Positions 1 to 12,170 of a stretch of DNA of 60,000 nucleotides are shown here, piece after piece. The stretch spans positions 17,548,001 through 17,608,000 of the forward strand of contig CM052818.1 in NCBI GenBank assembly GCA_028534125.1, read 5' to 3'. The translations under genes were made by a program, and so were the position numbers. This DNA comes from Lama glama. Taxonomy: Eukaryota. Below the pieces are notes generated by a model. The model saw only the letters and a list, made by a program, of their open reading frames with translations, was not told where the DNA came from and did not search any database. Positions within the stretch are counted from its first letter, which is position 1; every line of letters begins with the position of its first letter.

Positions 1-485
1 TATTCTCATAACTCCACAATTCACGTTTTAGAATAAATGTTGAGTTTTCTGAATAGCAGATCCAGTTGCCATTATTTTCTGTGCATGGAACAAAGCATAG
101 AAATAATATTTTGCAAACCGTTTAAAGTTGAGAAAGCCATTCCTTAGTGCTTATCAGTTACAGCTCTAGAAAATAATACGTCATTAATCTGATTTGTCCC
201 TAATTACCATTAGGTAGCAAAATTTTTTTCTGTCAACAAAAATAGACTTCCTCTTCTCATAATGTTAATCCACAGTCTAACATCATTTAACTTGCCCAGA
301 CTAAAGATTGCTCCAGATAAACTGCCTTTGAGGATAAACCTTTGAATCCATCTGTCTACCACAGTGTGCCAAAAAGTAGTTATTTATTCTATGCAAGGTC
401 AGATGTTCATTTTATTCTTGTCAAGTTAATACACCAAATCAACAAATATTTAAGGGTGGGAACTATAATTGAAAGAAGTTTCAAG

Positions 486-920
486 TGTCAACGAAACAGT
501 TAATCAGTTGACCTAAGAAAGAAATGGAAAACTTTATTTGAGCCAAATTTGAGGGTTATAACCAGGGAAGAGCATCTCAGGAAGCTGAGTTCTGTTCTGC
601 GCGCTGGAAGTCAAGGCACAGTTGTATAAGTTTTTTGAGACAGAGGGCTTTGCATCAAATGACGTATTATTGACAGTTTATGTAATCCAGATTTAAGCAC
701 CACGTGACCTTTTACGAGATCAAGAAGGAACGGCTATCTTGAAGGATTTGTCTTATCGATACTAGGAGAATGTTACTCTTTATGGTTGAGCAGGTATTTC
801 TGCCAATAGGGAGGGTTTGGTGAATGCATAATGCAGATACGCAATGCACAGCGTGGGCAGAGAAGAATTTTTTGTTTAACTTTTTCTTGTCTTATCATAA
901 AATATGAGTTTTATTTCACA
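486..920 (-). mobile_element. Solo LTR, ERV1-like, 435 bp
   Basis: TG...CA termini, perfect 4-bp TSD CAAG (482-485 and 921-924), AATAAA on the minus strand at 533-538, several CpGs retained. Confidence 0.8.
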
Positions 921-2059
921 CAAGATTTACCATTAGGTTACAGAGATACGTAAAAAATGTTCAAGATTAAAAATATACTATGTGAGAAAATATGTGTTAA
1001 CATATTTGGTAATTCTGAATAAGACAAACCAGGAAAAAAAAAAAAGGAAAATAAGGTCCAAGAAAGATGAGGTCATTTTGGAGCGAATGGTCTAGTAAGA
1101 CAATGAAAAAAATAGGAAATTTGATTTGGATCTGGAAAGGCTAGATTTTTACTTGGAGAATGGCATGCATTCCTTATAATGGAATTAACAGGAAGAGATA
1201 GAGACAGAAAATAATTAGGAAGCTATTAAAAAGTCCAGGTGTCAAAGATAAAGACCAAAAGTAAGGTGTGAGACTATGAGAAAATAAAGAGGTTGAATAG
1301 AAGAATGCACTGGAAGACCTAGTGAACAGCTCAGTAAAAGGAGAGTCATTTATACTTTTTAGTTTCTCTCTCTCTCTTTCTCACTCTCTCTTAATTTAAC
1401 CATTGATTATTCAATGTTCTAATGCTGCAGTGGCACCAGACTGCATTAGGTAGCAATGGAATGGAGCCCTGTGGTAGGAATGATTAGAGAAGTCAAAGAC
1501 ATAGTGCTTGTTTACTAAGAGTATAGTCTATTTGGGAGACCAAGGAGGATTTTGAAAACCTATCAGTGTCAGATAAAATGAGTCAGCTTCAAAGTTAGTA
1601 TTATGGAGTTTAATTGCTGTTAGAGTTTACATAAAAGAGAAAATAGCCATATGGGGTGGTGTAGGGATGGAAGATTTAAAAGAAAGAGAAATAGGACAAG
1701 GAATGACTCCTTAGAGATGATGTAAATACTTTTTGCATCACCATTCAATTTGGCTCAAAGATCTTAGGGGTATTATCTCTAAATCCTGACTTTGTTTTCA
1801 CCTTGTAAGGCTGGTAAAATATTTCAGAATTCGGTAAAGTCATATGGATGATTTCCCTTTAAATTCTACACACTTAGTCTACATTAGCTGATTGATCTAT
1901 TTTTAGTTCAAGTCATCGATAATTTATTATGTATTTAAGCCACTCAATTATTTAAAGTTTCCTATTTGATACTAAGTGTCGGTTGGATGATTTTGATATT
2001 TTTATTTCTTTTTAATTGAATTTTTACTGTGTATAATGTAATAGAAAATTAACTACATT

Positions 2060-2255
2060 TATAATCATAGCATTTGAGGGAGGGAAGGAACTTCAAAGGT
2101 CTTCTATTCCAGCTCCTTCATTTTTCAGGCAACAAAATGGAACCTTGGAGAGGCCGATGGATTTTATCAGCATCACTATGTTAGTCAGTGGCAGGGCCAA
2201 ATCTACACTTGGAAAGTCTTTATCTACTGGCTCTATGCACTTCCCTTTATATTGT
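2060..2255 (-). mobile_element. MIR/MIR3 SINE fragment
   Basis: Degenerate MIR core (cttcatttttcagg...aaatggaacc...ttagtcagtggcagggcca). Confidence 0.55.
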
Positions 2256-2716
2256 CTGGGAGACAGAAAGCAAAATGAAGAGATCATTAGATGTATCCTT
2301 TAACATAGCAAGTTAGATATTTCACAACTAAATATTGTGACTTACGTGATCAGTCTTAACTGTTTATGTTAGTCTAGGTTGCAGTGTACTGCTTCTGCTG
2401 GCCCACACAGACACGCATACACACAAAACTACCTTATGACTGTTAAAAATGTATCTCACTATGGAAACTGATAAACCATACAGAAGATTTGAATCATTCT
2501 TTAAACAAATTTGGGGTAGACTCCAAGGAAAGATATGATTATCAGGCCTTGGCACATAGTAGGGTACTTAATGAATCATTGTTGAATAACCCCCCCCCAA
2601 TTTCCTCATTCAACTTCAGTGGTAAAGCTCATGTTTTGTTTTTTAGCCAAAATTTACTTATATGCATTGATGAATATTTATATGAATATATAAATATATA
2701 AAAGTTAACAGTTTAC

Positions 2717-2790
2717 ATTTGACACAACACTGTAAAATGATTATGAATCAATAAAAAATGTAAAAAACAAACAAACAAACAAACAAACAA
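2717..2790 (+). mobile_element. Ultra-short 5'-truncated L1 3' end with A/(CAAA)n tail
   Basis: Perfect 16-bp TSD AAAGTTAACAGTTTAC (2701-2716, 2791-2806); body resembles the L1 terminus at 18863-18900; AATAAA at 2750-2755. Confidence 0.85.
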
Positions 2791-3669
2791 AAAGTTAACA
2801 GTTTACTAATCCAAATTTTCTAAAGTAAAGCCTACGTACTATGAGAAATATAAAACTTCAAATACTGTAGCCATATTAGATAGAATTAGTGGCTAAACTC
2901 TGACTTTTCCAGTGTTAATTATCCTCTTTCATGGTGTCCAATTTTTCTGAGACTTTGGGGGCTTTTCTTAATGACGAAACATAATGAACTTTTTATTGAG
3001 CAGTATATTAAATACATCTGCCTAAAATGCTTAGCTTCAGAGAAATCATATCCAAGAAGATGGAAAGAAGTGATATATTCTTAGACTTCTCACTCATTCT
3101 CATAAAGCCTCAGTGACCTGGATTTTTTTTTTTTAATATCAAAAGGATTCTTACAGTTACTGTAACACAACCACATTAGAATTTTTAATTTTCTGACAAA
3201 GGAAAGAGAAAGCTCCTCTGATGATTCGATAGGATTTAGCATTATTTAGACTACGCAGGCTGGCAAACATAATTAGAATATATATAAATAACAGCCCTTT
3301 TTCATGGTTTCCAGAAGATTCTCACTTTATCTTCTTGTTCCCCATTATTGTTTTCAGTGTACAATTTGTTTAGTAGTTTAAATTTTTATCATAATAAAGG
3401 AATGTGTGGATTCCACTCCTGAACAATATTCAGGTTAAACAAAGAATGGCATTATCATAAATTCTAAGTAAGGACAGCCGAAAATATTAACTGAGGAATC
3501 GGGTTCAAGGACTTCAAATGTATTGATTAGGTTAATGACTCTACCTCCTGGTTACAGACCATGAATCACTCACGTCAAATACAAAAAATTAGTTGCTACC
3601 ATAAATGAAAGTTCAGTTTTTATAAATTGAGATGGAAACAGGTTTTAAGAAATAGCTAAAGATTGAAGG

Positions 3670-3858
3670 GCAAGACAGAGAAAACCAGCTTACGGTTACC
3701 AAAGAGAAAAGGATGGGAGGGATAAATTAGGCTTTTGCGATCAGCAGATACAAATTGCTGTATACAAAACAGATAAACAACAAAGTCCTATTGAATAATG
3801 CAGGGAACTATATTCAACACCTTGTAATAACTATAATGAAAAACAATATGTAAAAGAA

Positions 3859-3889
<31 letters not shown>

Positions 3890-3953
3890 ATACATATATA
3901 AAACTAGATCACTATGCTATACCCCAGAAACTAACACAACATTGTAAAACAAA
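3670..3953 (+). mobile_element. L1 3' UTR fragment (cetartiodactyl type) with internal (TG)n
   Basis: Similar to 18596-18906 (gggataaatt...gggaactatattcaa...acacaacattgtaaa); probable TSD aaagattgaagg / aaagactgaagg. Confidence 0.85.
3865..3888. repeat. (TG)n microsatellite
   Basis: About 12 TG units. Confidence 0.95.
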
Positions 3954-4608
3954 AAAGACTGAAGGTCAGAGAAATTACATATTAAGGATATTAGGCTTTT
4001 AGGAAACTTCAAACATTCTTTGCAAATGCTTGGTTGATTTTGAAATGATTTATAGTTTTGCAACAATGCTTTTATAGTTTGATTATTATCCAAAAATATC
4101 TTTCTCATAACATCATTTATAATTACCTGAGTTCAGTGGAAGATAAGCCATGTTCCCAACTCAGTGATGAACCTTTCTCTTATTCTTTCTCAACTACTCT
4201 GACCCCTATTTTCTCAAAGGATTTTGTTAAATTGCCCAGGAATATTTGTATATTTTTACGATAAATACAGATTACAACTAGTATTTTTGTGTATAATTAA
4301 ACAATTTAAAAAATTCTACCCTATGGGTTTTTTCCCTCCCAACTCTTACTGTCAGCATTTGGATGCCAGCCACGAGGGAGGCTAAGACTTTCTATGCTGT
4401 TTCCCTTTGTCTATTATCTACCTACTTTTCTTCTCTTGTTATCTCAGGAATAAGTTAGTCTTCATTGTCACTGTACTTCTAGTAAACAATGGCAGTTTGA
4501 TCAAGAGGTAGCGGAATAGCAAAATGTAAAAATTCCATGCATTAGTGTTGAAGCCCTACATGGAGTACAAAAATTAGGTAACTAACACCAGTTTTAGACT
4601 CATCTAGA

Positions 4609-4785
4609 TCAATTTTTCTTAACCTCCTTTTAAATCTCGACCTTTATAAGAATCTGATGAATAGGACGTCTTATCTGAAGAAACATACACATAGATCTGT
4701 ATGGACACAGAGTTATGCATATGACTTTTAAGAGTTGTGCCTCAGCATCCTTGTGGCCTGTTTCCCTGGACATCAGAACCTCTGT
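4609..4785. mobile_element. MER103-like hAT-Charlie relic
   Basis: Motifs agaatctgatgaa...catacacat...ttatgcatatgact...agaacctctg resemble the MER103 consensus as I recall it. Confidence 0.45.
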
Positions 4786-5691
4786 TCTGATGCTGAGATT
4801 TTAGAGGAAAAAATAAAGTCGATTTAATGAATGTATGAGAAGAAACCTCCTCCTACCCAGATGAAGCGTGCTTCCGGTGAAATGTAACTGCCCTTTATTA
4901 ACCTTCTAATAATTATAACCTTCTAACCACTGATGTAGCCCTCTGGATGTAGCCTCTGCTGGTTCAGATAAAATCTTTATAGACAAGAAGTACTTGTTCT
5001 TTAATAGAACAAGTCTAACTTTTGTACTTCCAATTTAGAAAAATTGTTCACTCAGATATGATTACAAGAATGTCATAATCCTCTCCATAAAAGTATATTG
5101 AGCACTGATACTGTGCTTGATATAATTCTAGCATTGGTGCATTGCTTAATAAATATCCTTAAAACTAAAATGCATGGTTTAGGATCTCATTTGGAGAGAT
5201 CTCTTGGTAAATCATCTGAGGATTGTGAAGTGTGATGGTAGAATAAGTGTCAATATACTCAAGACAAAAATCACTATTACTCTGACATCTTTGGCAAGTG
5301 TTACTTTTTTATTATTATGAGGACAAGTAAATAAAGCCCTATGCACATAAAGAGAAAACTTTACAACTCATAAAAGAGGGCAGTTTCTCTCTTTTTCTCC
5401 CTTTACTAGATAATTTTTCATCTTTTTCTCCACATCATTTCCTTAATCTTTATAGTTTATTCTCTTAAATATGTACTCATCTCATTCTAGGAGAATAGTG
5501 ACAATCCATTTCTTCCTTTTCATGAAAAATAAGTCCTTTCCATCAAAAATATTATAATTAATTAAACTAGGATAATGTAGGAAAAAATATGTTCAAGTTT
5601 CTGCATTATGAATGAACTACACAAATATGACAATCAGACTCATTTTGGGCACTATCCAAAGTTCATAGTTTTAAAAAAAAATCAAGTAGGA

Positions 5692-5918
5692 CAAAGACTG
5701 ACAAATTTTTACTATAAAAGGCCAGATAGTAAATATTTTCAGTTTTTCAAGTCACATGAGCTTTGTCACAATTACTCACCTGTGTCACCAGTAGGTCAAA
5801 AGCAGCAATAGATAATAAGTAAATGAATGAATGTGGCTATGTTCCAATAAATCTTTATTTATAAAAACTAGATAGAGGAACACATTTGACCTGTAGGCCA
5901 TAGTTTATAGAACCCCAA
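5692..5918 (+). mobile_element. MER58A-like hAT-Charlie MITE
   Basis: Characteristic aaaggccagatagtaaatatttt...tgtggctatgttccaataaa...ggccatagttt. Confidence 0.85.
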
Positions 5919-5929
5919 TATAAAGGCAT

Positions 5930-6812
5930 GACAGAAGGACACAGGAACCAATCGGAAAGAGCTCCTTCTGTCCAGAACTGGAGCAATTTGAACAACAAAA
6001 TAAATAGAGACAGCACTGGATTATTTCCCAAAGAGTGACATAAATATCCATGAGCATATACTGGTATTAATAAGTGATTGGATGGATAAATACGTAGATA
6101 GATGGATGGATGGATGGATGGGTAGGTAGGTAGGTAGATAGATAGATAAATAGACAGATAATGGACAGACAGACACAGATATGTGGAGGAGGAAGGATAA
6201 CACACAAGAATTCCGACTAACAAACATAGCAGGATGATGGAAATAGAAATTCAGGATTAAAACGCCAAAGTAGTAATTGCTGAAGGCAAGATTCACCAGT
6301 AGATGCTAAATTAGTGGGTAGAAGTTTGAGTAGAGACTAGTAATTGATGTAATCTGAAAGTGTCTCCTACAAGGGGAAAATAGAATCTTTCCATAGAGAA
6401 ACTCAGCAGACTTTAATTGAGTAATTGAGTTAAACATCACCAGTAATAAGAAATATTGATTTCATGCACCCCCTGATATGATGCACTGAAAAAGGCACTT
6501 GATTTCTTTGGTATTCTTTGTATCCTCAACAAAAATTCATGACTTCAATCTAATCATGACAAATACAATGTGAGGATCTGGATTGAATCCTAGAACAGAG
6601 AGAGGGCATTAGTTAAAAACTGGTAAAACCTAAGATAGTCTGTACTTTAGTTAATAATGTGGTATCAGTGTCAGTTTCTTGGTTTCAGTAATTGTCTGGT
6701 GGTCATTTAAGAAGTGAACAGTGTAGGGAGCTGGATGAGAGGTACATACAATTCTCATTACTGTCTCTTACAACTTTTCTGTAAGTTAATATTTTTAATT
6801 AAAGAAAATTAA
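5930..6812 (+). mobile_element. Old L1 (L1MC-like) 3' UTR
   Basis: Typical L1M 3' motifs (gaatcctagaacag...ggcattagt...aaactggt...caacttttctgtaagt) and A-rich end. Confidence 0.75.
6078..6180. repeat. Compound (GATG)n(GGTA)n(GATA)n microsatellite
   Basis: Directly visible; it generates the spurious ORFs 5855..6223 and 6021..6296. Confidence 0.9.
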
Positions 6813-8564
6813 ATGATTACCATTTAAAGATACCTTTTACTCAATTCTATATTGTGTAAGATTATTCCAGAAAAAAGATTTTAAACAAAAAAAACTTCAT
6901 CTCTTTGTAGAACTGGTAAGTCAGATGTAATTATTGTGAAATAGTATATTAACATGTTCATAACATTACTAGAAAAGTGCATTTATTCCAAAGGAATATA
7001 AATTTAATTTCTGTAACAATCCAAAGGTGTAACCTAATCTAATATTTTAGTTAGTTCTTAATTAAGACAGCATGACACAATAAATGTGAAAACCTTTTGA
7101 AGTATGAAGCTTTTAAATAGGCCATATATTAAAATTTAAATGATGATGATGAATATTTTGTGCCAAATTTAGTCTCATGGGTTGAATATTTCTCAAAGTA
7201 AGACTTTCATCTTAAGCATTTTGAAGTCTGTTTTGTTTTTAGCCTTATGAATTTGAGTGCATTAAAAAGTAGCTGAAGTTCCCACCCCTACCCTGGAAAT
7301 TTGAGATTAACTCTCTTCATGTTAAGTACTATTGAAGTAATTTATCTTCATGGGCATATTATCTATATTGGTGGCCCGAACATTTAAAATGTCCATTGAG
7401 AATCCAAAAGAGACTATAACTAACATAAGTCTGTCTAGATATTACCATATGCATTTCTCATGAAGTATTTTAGCTGGATTTATGAGATATAAAACTGGAC
7501 AGAAGAGTGGAACATTTAGCTTTATTTTTCTACATAGTGTCAACTAATTGATAACATGCCATAACAATTTTTCAGGGTCACCTTTGCTGGAGCATTTTAA
7601 CAGTCCATGTAGAGTCTTCAGGTCTCTCATTTATTATTTTTACTGCTCAGTTTGGCAGAGGAGTTGAGGATGTATGTTCTGGTTAGAGAGGAAACAAATA
7701 GGAGCTTTCTTAAATGCAAAGGTTTGCTTTGCTGAAATGAGGGGCAGGATGGTCACAATCACAACAGGAAACAGATGTGGGGACAATTAGACAAGGCCCG
7801 TGCTTTACGGAAGTGGAGTTCAAATTCAAGACTCAATCCATCACATTGACTCAAGAAGGAAAGTGGTGTTGCTCAAGGATTGGGTTGAAGAGGTAAGAGA
7901 ACTCGCTTAAAACCCCACATGTTCACAGAACGCATTTAAATTCCTGCCTTCAGTAGGATCCAGTATCAGCAAGAGTGCATTAGGTGTTCTGCGCCGGACA
8001 CTCTATCCTGAAACTGTGGTGGGTTTTTTCACGTATTGTTTTCCATTTTCTCAATAACATGCACAACATTCTATAAGGCAGCTTATATTATGTCCTCTGG
8101 ATAGATGAGTAAACAGAGAAATTAGATCACTTGCCAAGGTCACACACCCCGAAGCTCACTCCAGTGCTCTGAAACGTTATGCAATGCTGCCTATGCTATT
8201 TATTCTTATTCCTGGTAAGAAAAACAAAATCTGGAAAATTACTTCTTGTCCCCCACCAGATTGCACGTGGCTAAACCTTCACCGTGCTGTGTGATACCAA
8301 TGGTTTCGGCTCAGATCTTGGAAGGACATTCAAGAGTCCCCTGGAGTTTGTTGCAAGCTTTTAAGGATATCCTCCTCTACTGGTTATTCTGTTTTTTGGG
8401 GTTTTTTTTTTCCTGGTTATTGTTTATCTAAACACAGAAGTGAGTGCCAAATCCAACTTGTATACCCTCTTAAACACTAAAATTGCGATAGGAAATATAG
8501 ACCACACATCAAATGACCAAATTTCAGGCTTATGCTATAGATTTAACACAGTATTAAAGGTGGG

Positions 8565-8800
8565 ATAATGTGGAGGTTAAGAGAGAGGACTGTCTGGATT
8601 CAAATCTTAGTTACACCACTTTATAGATGTGTGACTTTTGGTCAAGTTCTTTAACCTCTTTTTGTACCCTTCTGTAAAATGGGTTCATGTTAGTACCTAC
8701 CTTATAAGGTTTTTTGATTTCTCAATGAGTTATTAGTTTCAAAATACTTAGTAATTAGTAAAAGCCTGGTAAATAATAAGTACTCAGTAAGTGTTAGCCT
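8565..8800 (+). mobile_element. MIR SINE
   Basis: ctggattcaaatc...gtgtgactttt...ctgtaaaatggg...tagtacctacct...agtactcagtaagtgttagc. Confidence 0.8.
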
Positions 8801-9454
8801 CACTATCATTAATCAAAGCAGCTTAGTTTTACAGTCCTGTAATTGCAATAGGTACTAATCTCCACGTATTTAGTGTGTATTTCCTTCTGAGAACAAATTT
8901 ATCCTGTCTTGGCTGTCAGACTTGGGTTCACACGTGGAGACAAATCTTTACAGAAACTTCAGATATATGATCCCCTGCTGCCCCCTCAAACCCCCTCTGA
9001 GTCAAAACACTACAGAGCCACCACTAGGAATGACAGGGTTCAAGATAAACGGGTGGCACAGAAAATACATTATGTATAAATTTAGAGAAAAGAGTGATGT
9101 TTGGTGATCAGGGAACACTTCTTAGAGGATGGGAATGGGGCTCAGATGTTGGAGAAACCTTTGAATTGTAATTAGAGAGACCATGCTAGCTGGTGGACAG
9201 GCCACTGCATGGAGTTATTCAACCTGGGTAACTGTGCATACTCACCAGTTTCCCATCAGTGGGGATGAGTGGAAGCTGGAACCCAGTCTGTGCACAGGTT
9301 AACAAGCCGTGTGCCCTGGAACGAGGAATGTGCCCTGAAGAAAGAGCTGTCGTTTCCTTCTCACCAAGCAGCTTGGACTGACAGAGCCTTCCATCTAGGC
9401 TCTAGCCTTCAAGGGAGTCTCCTTTTTCAATTCCCCACAATGGTGCCCTGTAAT

Positions 9455-9580
9455 TAGGGGACCATAACAATTATTCAAACAGGCAGAGTTCTGAGGGAGA
9501 AAAGAAACACTACAAATAGTTACTCCAACTCAGACACACAACAACAGTGACCCAAGCAATCCAGAACATTTGTCACTTTA
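9455..9580 (+). mobile_element. MER81-like hAT-Blackjack MITE
   Basis: Degenerate terminal inverted repeats taggggaccata ... tttgtcacttta, ~125 bp. Confidence 0.55.
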
Positions 9581-10429
9581 CCTGTAAGAGGCCAGGTGGA
9601 ACTGAGGCTACTGCTTCTCTCTGAACTGGAGAAACGAGAGTCAATCTGTTAGTCATTATGCTACATGGCTGGGTATATTCCTGTCCAGGTTCGGAAGCTG
9701 AAGATATTAACTAATGTTAATAATTCTGAAACACATAATTATGGTTAAAAATAATTTGAAAACCAGATTTGAAATTATTACTTTTTCCTTCTGAAAGTAT
9801 TTAAAAATATCAGTACATTCTCAGTCACTCATAAATCTTATGCTTAATTTCCTCTTTTGCTTAATCAAGTTTCATGTGTCTTAAATTATGTTTAATTTTG
9901 GTTCAAAATAGTTTTTATTCACTTTCTGCCTAAAGATATTTTTCTCAAATGTTTGTTTCATGCTGAATTAGAAAGCATTGAGAAAAGGCAAACAACTAGA
10001 AGTAGAAGAAAAGGCATCAGAAAATGGATAAAATTCATTAAAATAACAAAAGACCCCAGTCTTCAACCTATCCATTCATTTAACACATTTTACATTAAGG
10101 TGCTAATGGAAGCCACAAGCCTCCAGTGCTCCTGTGAGCCACCACTGAGTGTGCATTAAGACCCACTTTATGGTTGTCCCATGATGTGCTAAACCTGGTG
10201 AGGAACAGAGATGCAAAAACACTGTCTTTGTCCTATAAGGGTTTAAGGTATAACTTGGGAGGAAAGATAAATGAGTTAGAGAAATAGGACTTTTATGGGA
10301 AATCCAAGATTACATAGCACAAAAGATAAATATGAGAGCTGAAAGAGAGATGATATTGCGAGGAGAAGACACATACTTAGTGCTTAAGAGAAGTTAAGTA
10401 TGAGTCTGGTCTAGAATAGACATGTATTG

Positions 10430-10493
10430 GTTTTATTTTTTTTTACCTTTTTGTATTCTTTTTATTGAGGTATAGTCAGTTTGCAATGTTGTG
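10430..10493 (-). mobile_element. Ultra-short 5'-truncated L1 3' end
   Basis: Reverse complement reads cacaacattgcaaactgactatacctcaataaa plus an A-rich tail; perfect 13-bp TSD TAGACATGTATTG (10417-10429, 10494-10506). Confidence 0.85.
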
Positions 10494-11969
10494 TAGACAT
10501 GTATTGTTGGCCGGCCCACTCCAGGCAAGAGAGAAAATGAACCCAAGAACAGAGATGGTTGGGGATTCCAAACTAGCCACAGAAGCGATCTCGCTGTCTG
10601 TGATGGGGTGCTGATGGTAACTTCCTAAGACAATCCTAGTAATGAAAGCTGCGTAGTGATTAAGGAAGGAAAATCAGAAATACTTTCTTCCAGAATTTGT
10701 GCGTTTCTAAGGGAGTTTCAGAATGGTCCTGGTCCTGGAGTTAAGAACATCCTATAAATTTCCAGTTTGAGTTCCCTTGAGCCCTCAAGAGAAATTAATC
10801 ACAGTTTCTTAGTCTGTGATGATGAGGTGAAATTAGCAGTGTCCACCTGGACAAGACTGGTAACTGGTGCTAGTGGTATGTGCTTACTAAATTTTAATGA
10901 ATTCTGAGTGAGTAGGTAGTAATGATCACAACTGAGTTTCATTTTTACAAAGATTTATCTTCCTGACTGCAATTGAATTCTTTCCCTAAAACTGAGTTAT
11001 ATCTCCTCAAACCATCTTACCCTCTGAAATTCCTAGCATGTTGTTAATAACATAAATCACCTTATTACCCCCATATATCAGAATCTTTCCAGTTATCCCC
11101 TCAAAACAGTCACCGAGTCCAAGAGTAGACCCTAGTGTCCACTAATGATTACTCCCAAGATTCCCCAGACCCCATCATTTTCTGTCCAGGTTTGTGCTGT
11201 TTTAATTGTGCCTGTTTTCCTATTGTCAGCTATAAACTATCTATATTCTTTATGTTAGCCCATTTGGGGTACAGCCTAGATGCTTATCTTCCTAAAAGTG
11301 CCTTCACTATATCTCTTCCTGCTCCTCCATTCTTCAGTGGTTCTGCAAAGTGGCCTAGAGAAGGAATCGACTTGGAATCTTGTATTTTAGTTTTTTTTTT
11401 TGTTTCTACACATATAGAATTTTTTTAAAAAGTCTAATTTTCTTGATTTACATTTTTCTAAGTAGCATCATGTTACCTATTTCTTGTCCTTGCAATGGGA
11501 AACTGATGATTACAGGTGTTCATTTTTTTTTTACTGTATTTGTCATTTTGGTTTCATACTTTGAACTTTAATGTTATTTGTCTGTATTGAATATACCTAA
11601 AAGCCATTTACTAGAAAAACGAAATGTAATTATTAAATGCGGTTAGAGTATTTCAATGTATAGCCAAACCGAAACAAATCCAAACAAGAAGGTCCGTCGT
11701 ATTTGCCTGTAATATGTGGTGATATTCTTTCTTTACTTTTTCATTTCCTTTAAAAAGGAAATACATGAACAATAGTAGTTTTATGAGATAATTTACTTCA
11801 ACTCTTAATGAGCCATGGTAACTTTCCTTCTCTCCTCTAATTCTGTAGAGCTCAAGAGATAAATCTGTCAGGATTATCAAGCCCATCCTTAATAGTTCAG
11901 GAATTGGACCAGATTCTAGCTATAAAGTCTTTTTTGTTTCTATGGCTCTGTGACTCTGTGTAATCTATA

Positions 11970-12170
11970 ACAACAATATTAGCCATCACCGAGTTGACAC
12001 TGACTGTATAGCAGAAACTATTCTCACATGCTTAACACAAATTATAACTCATTCTTAAAAATAATCTCATAACTTATCCCCATCTTACAGATGTGAAAAT
12101 ACTTGGAAAAATTAAGTAACATGGCCTTGAGTACATTACAGAGAGTTAAAACTGAAATTTTTCTAACTCC
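11970..12170 (-). mobile_element. MIR SINE
   Basis: atccccatcttacagatgtgaaaatact core in antisense. Confidence 0.6.

Noticed and set aside
5855..6296. 122- and 91-aa minus-strand ORFs
   Set aside because: Produced by the tetranucleotide microsatellite within an L1 3' UTR.
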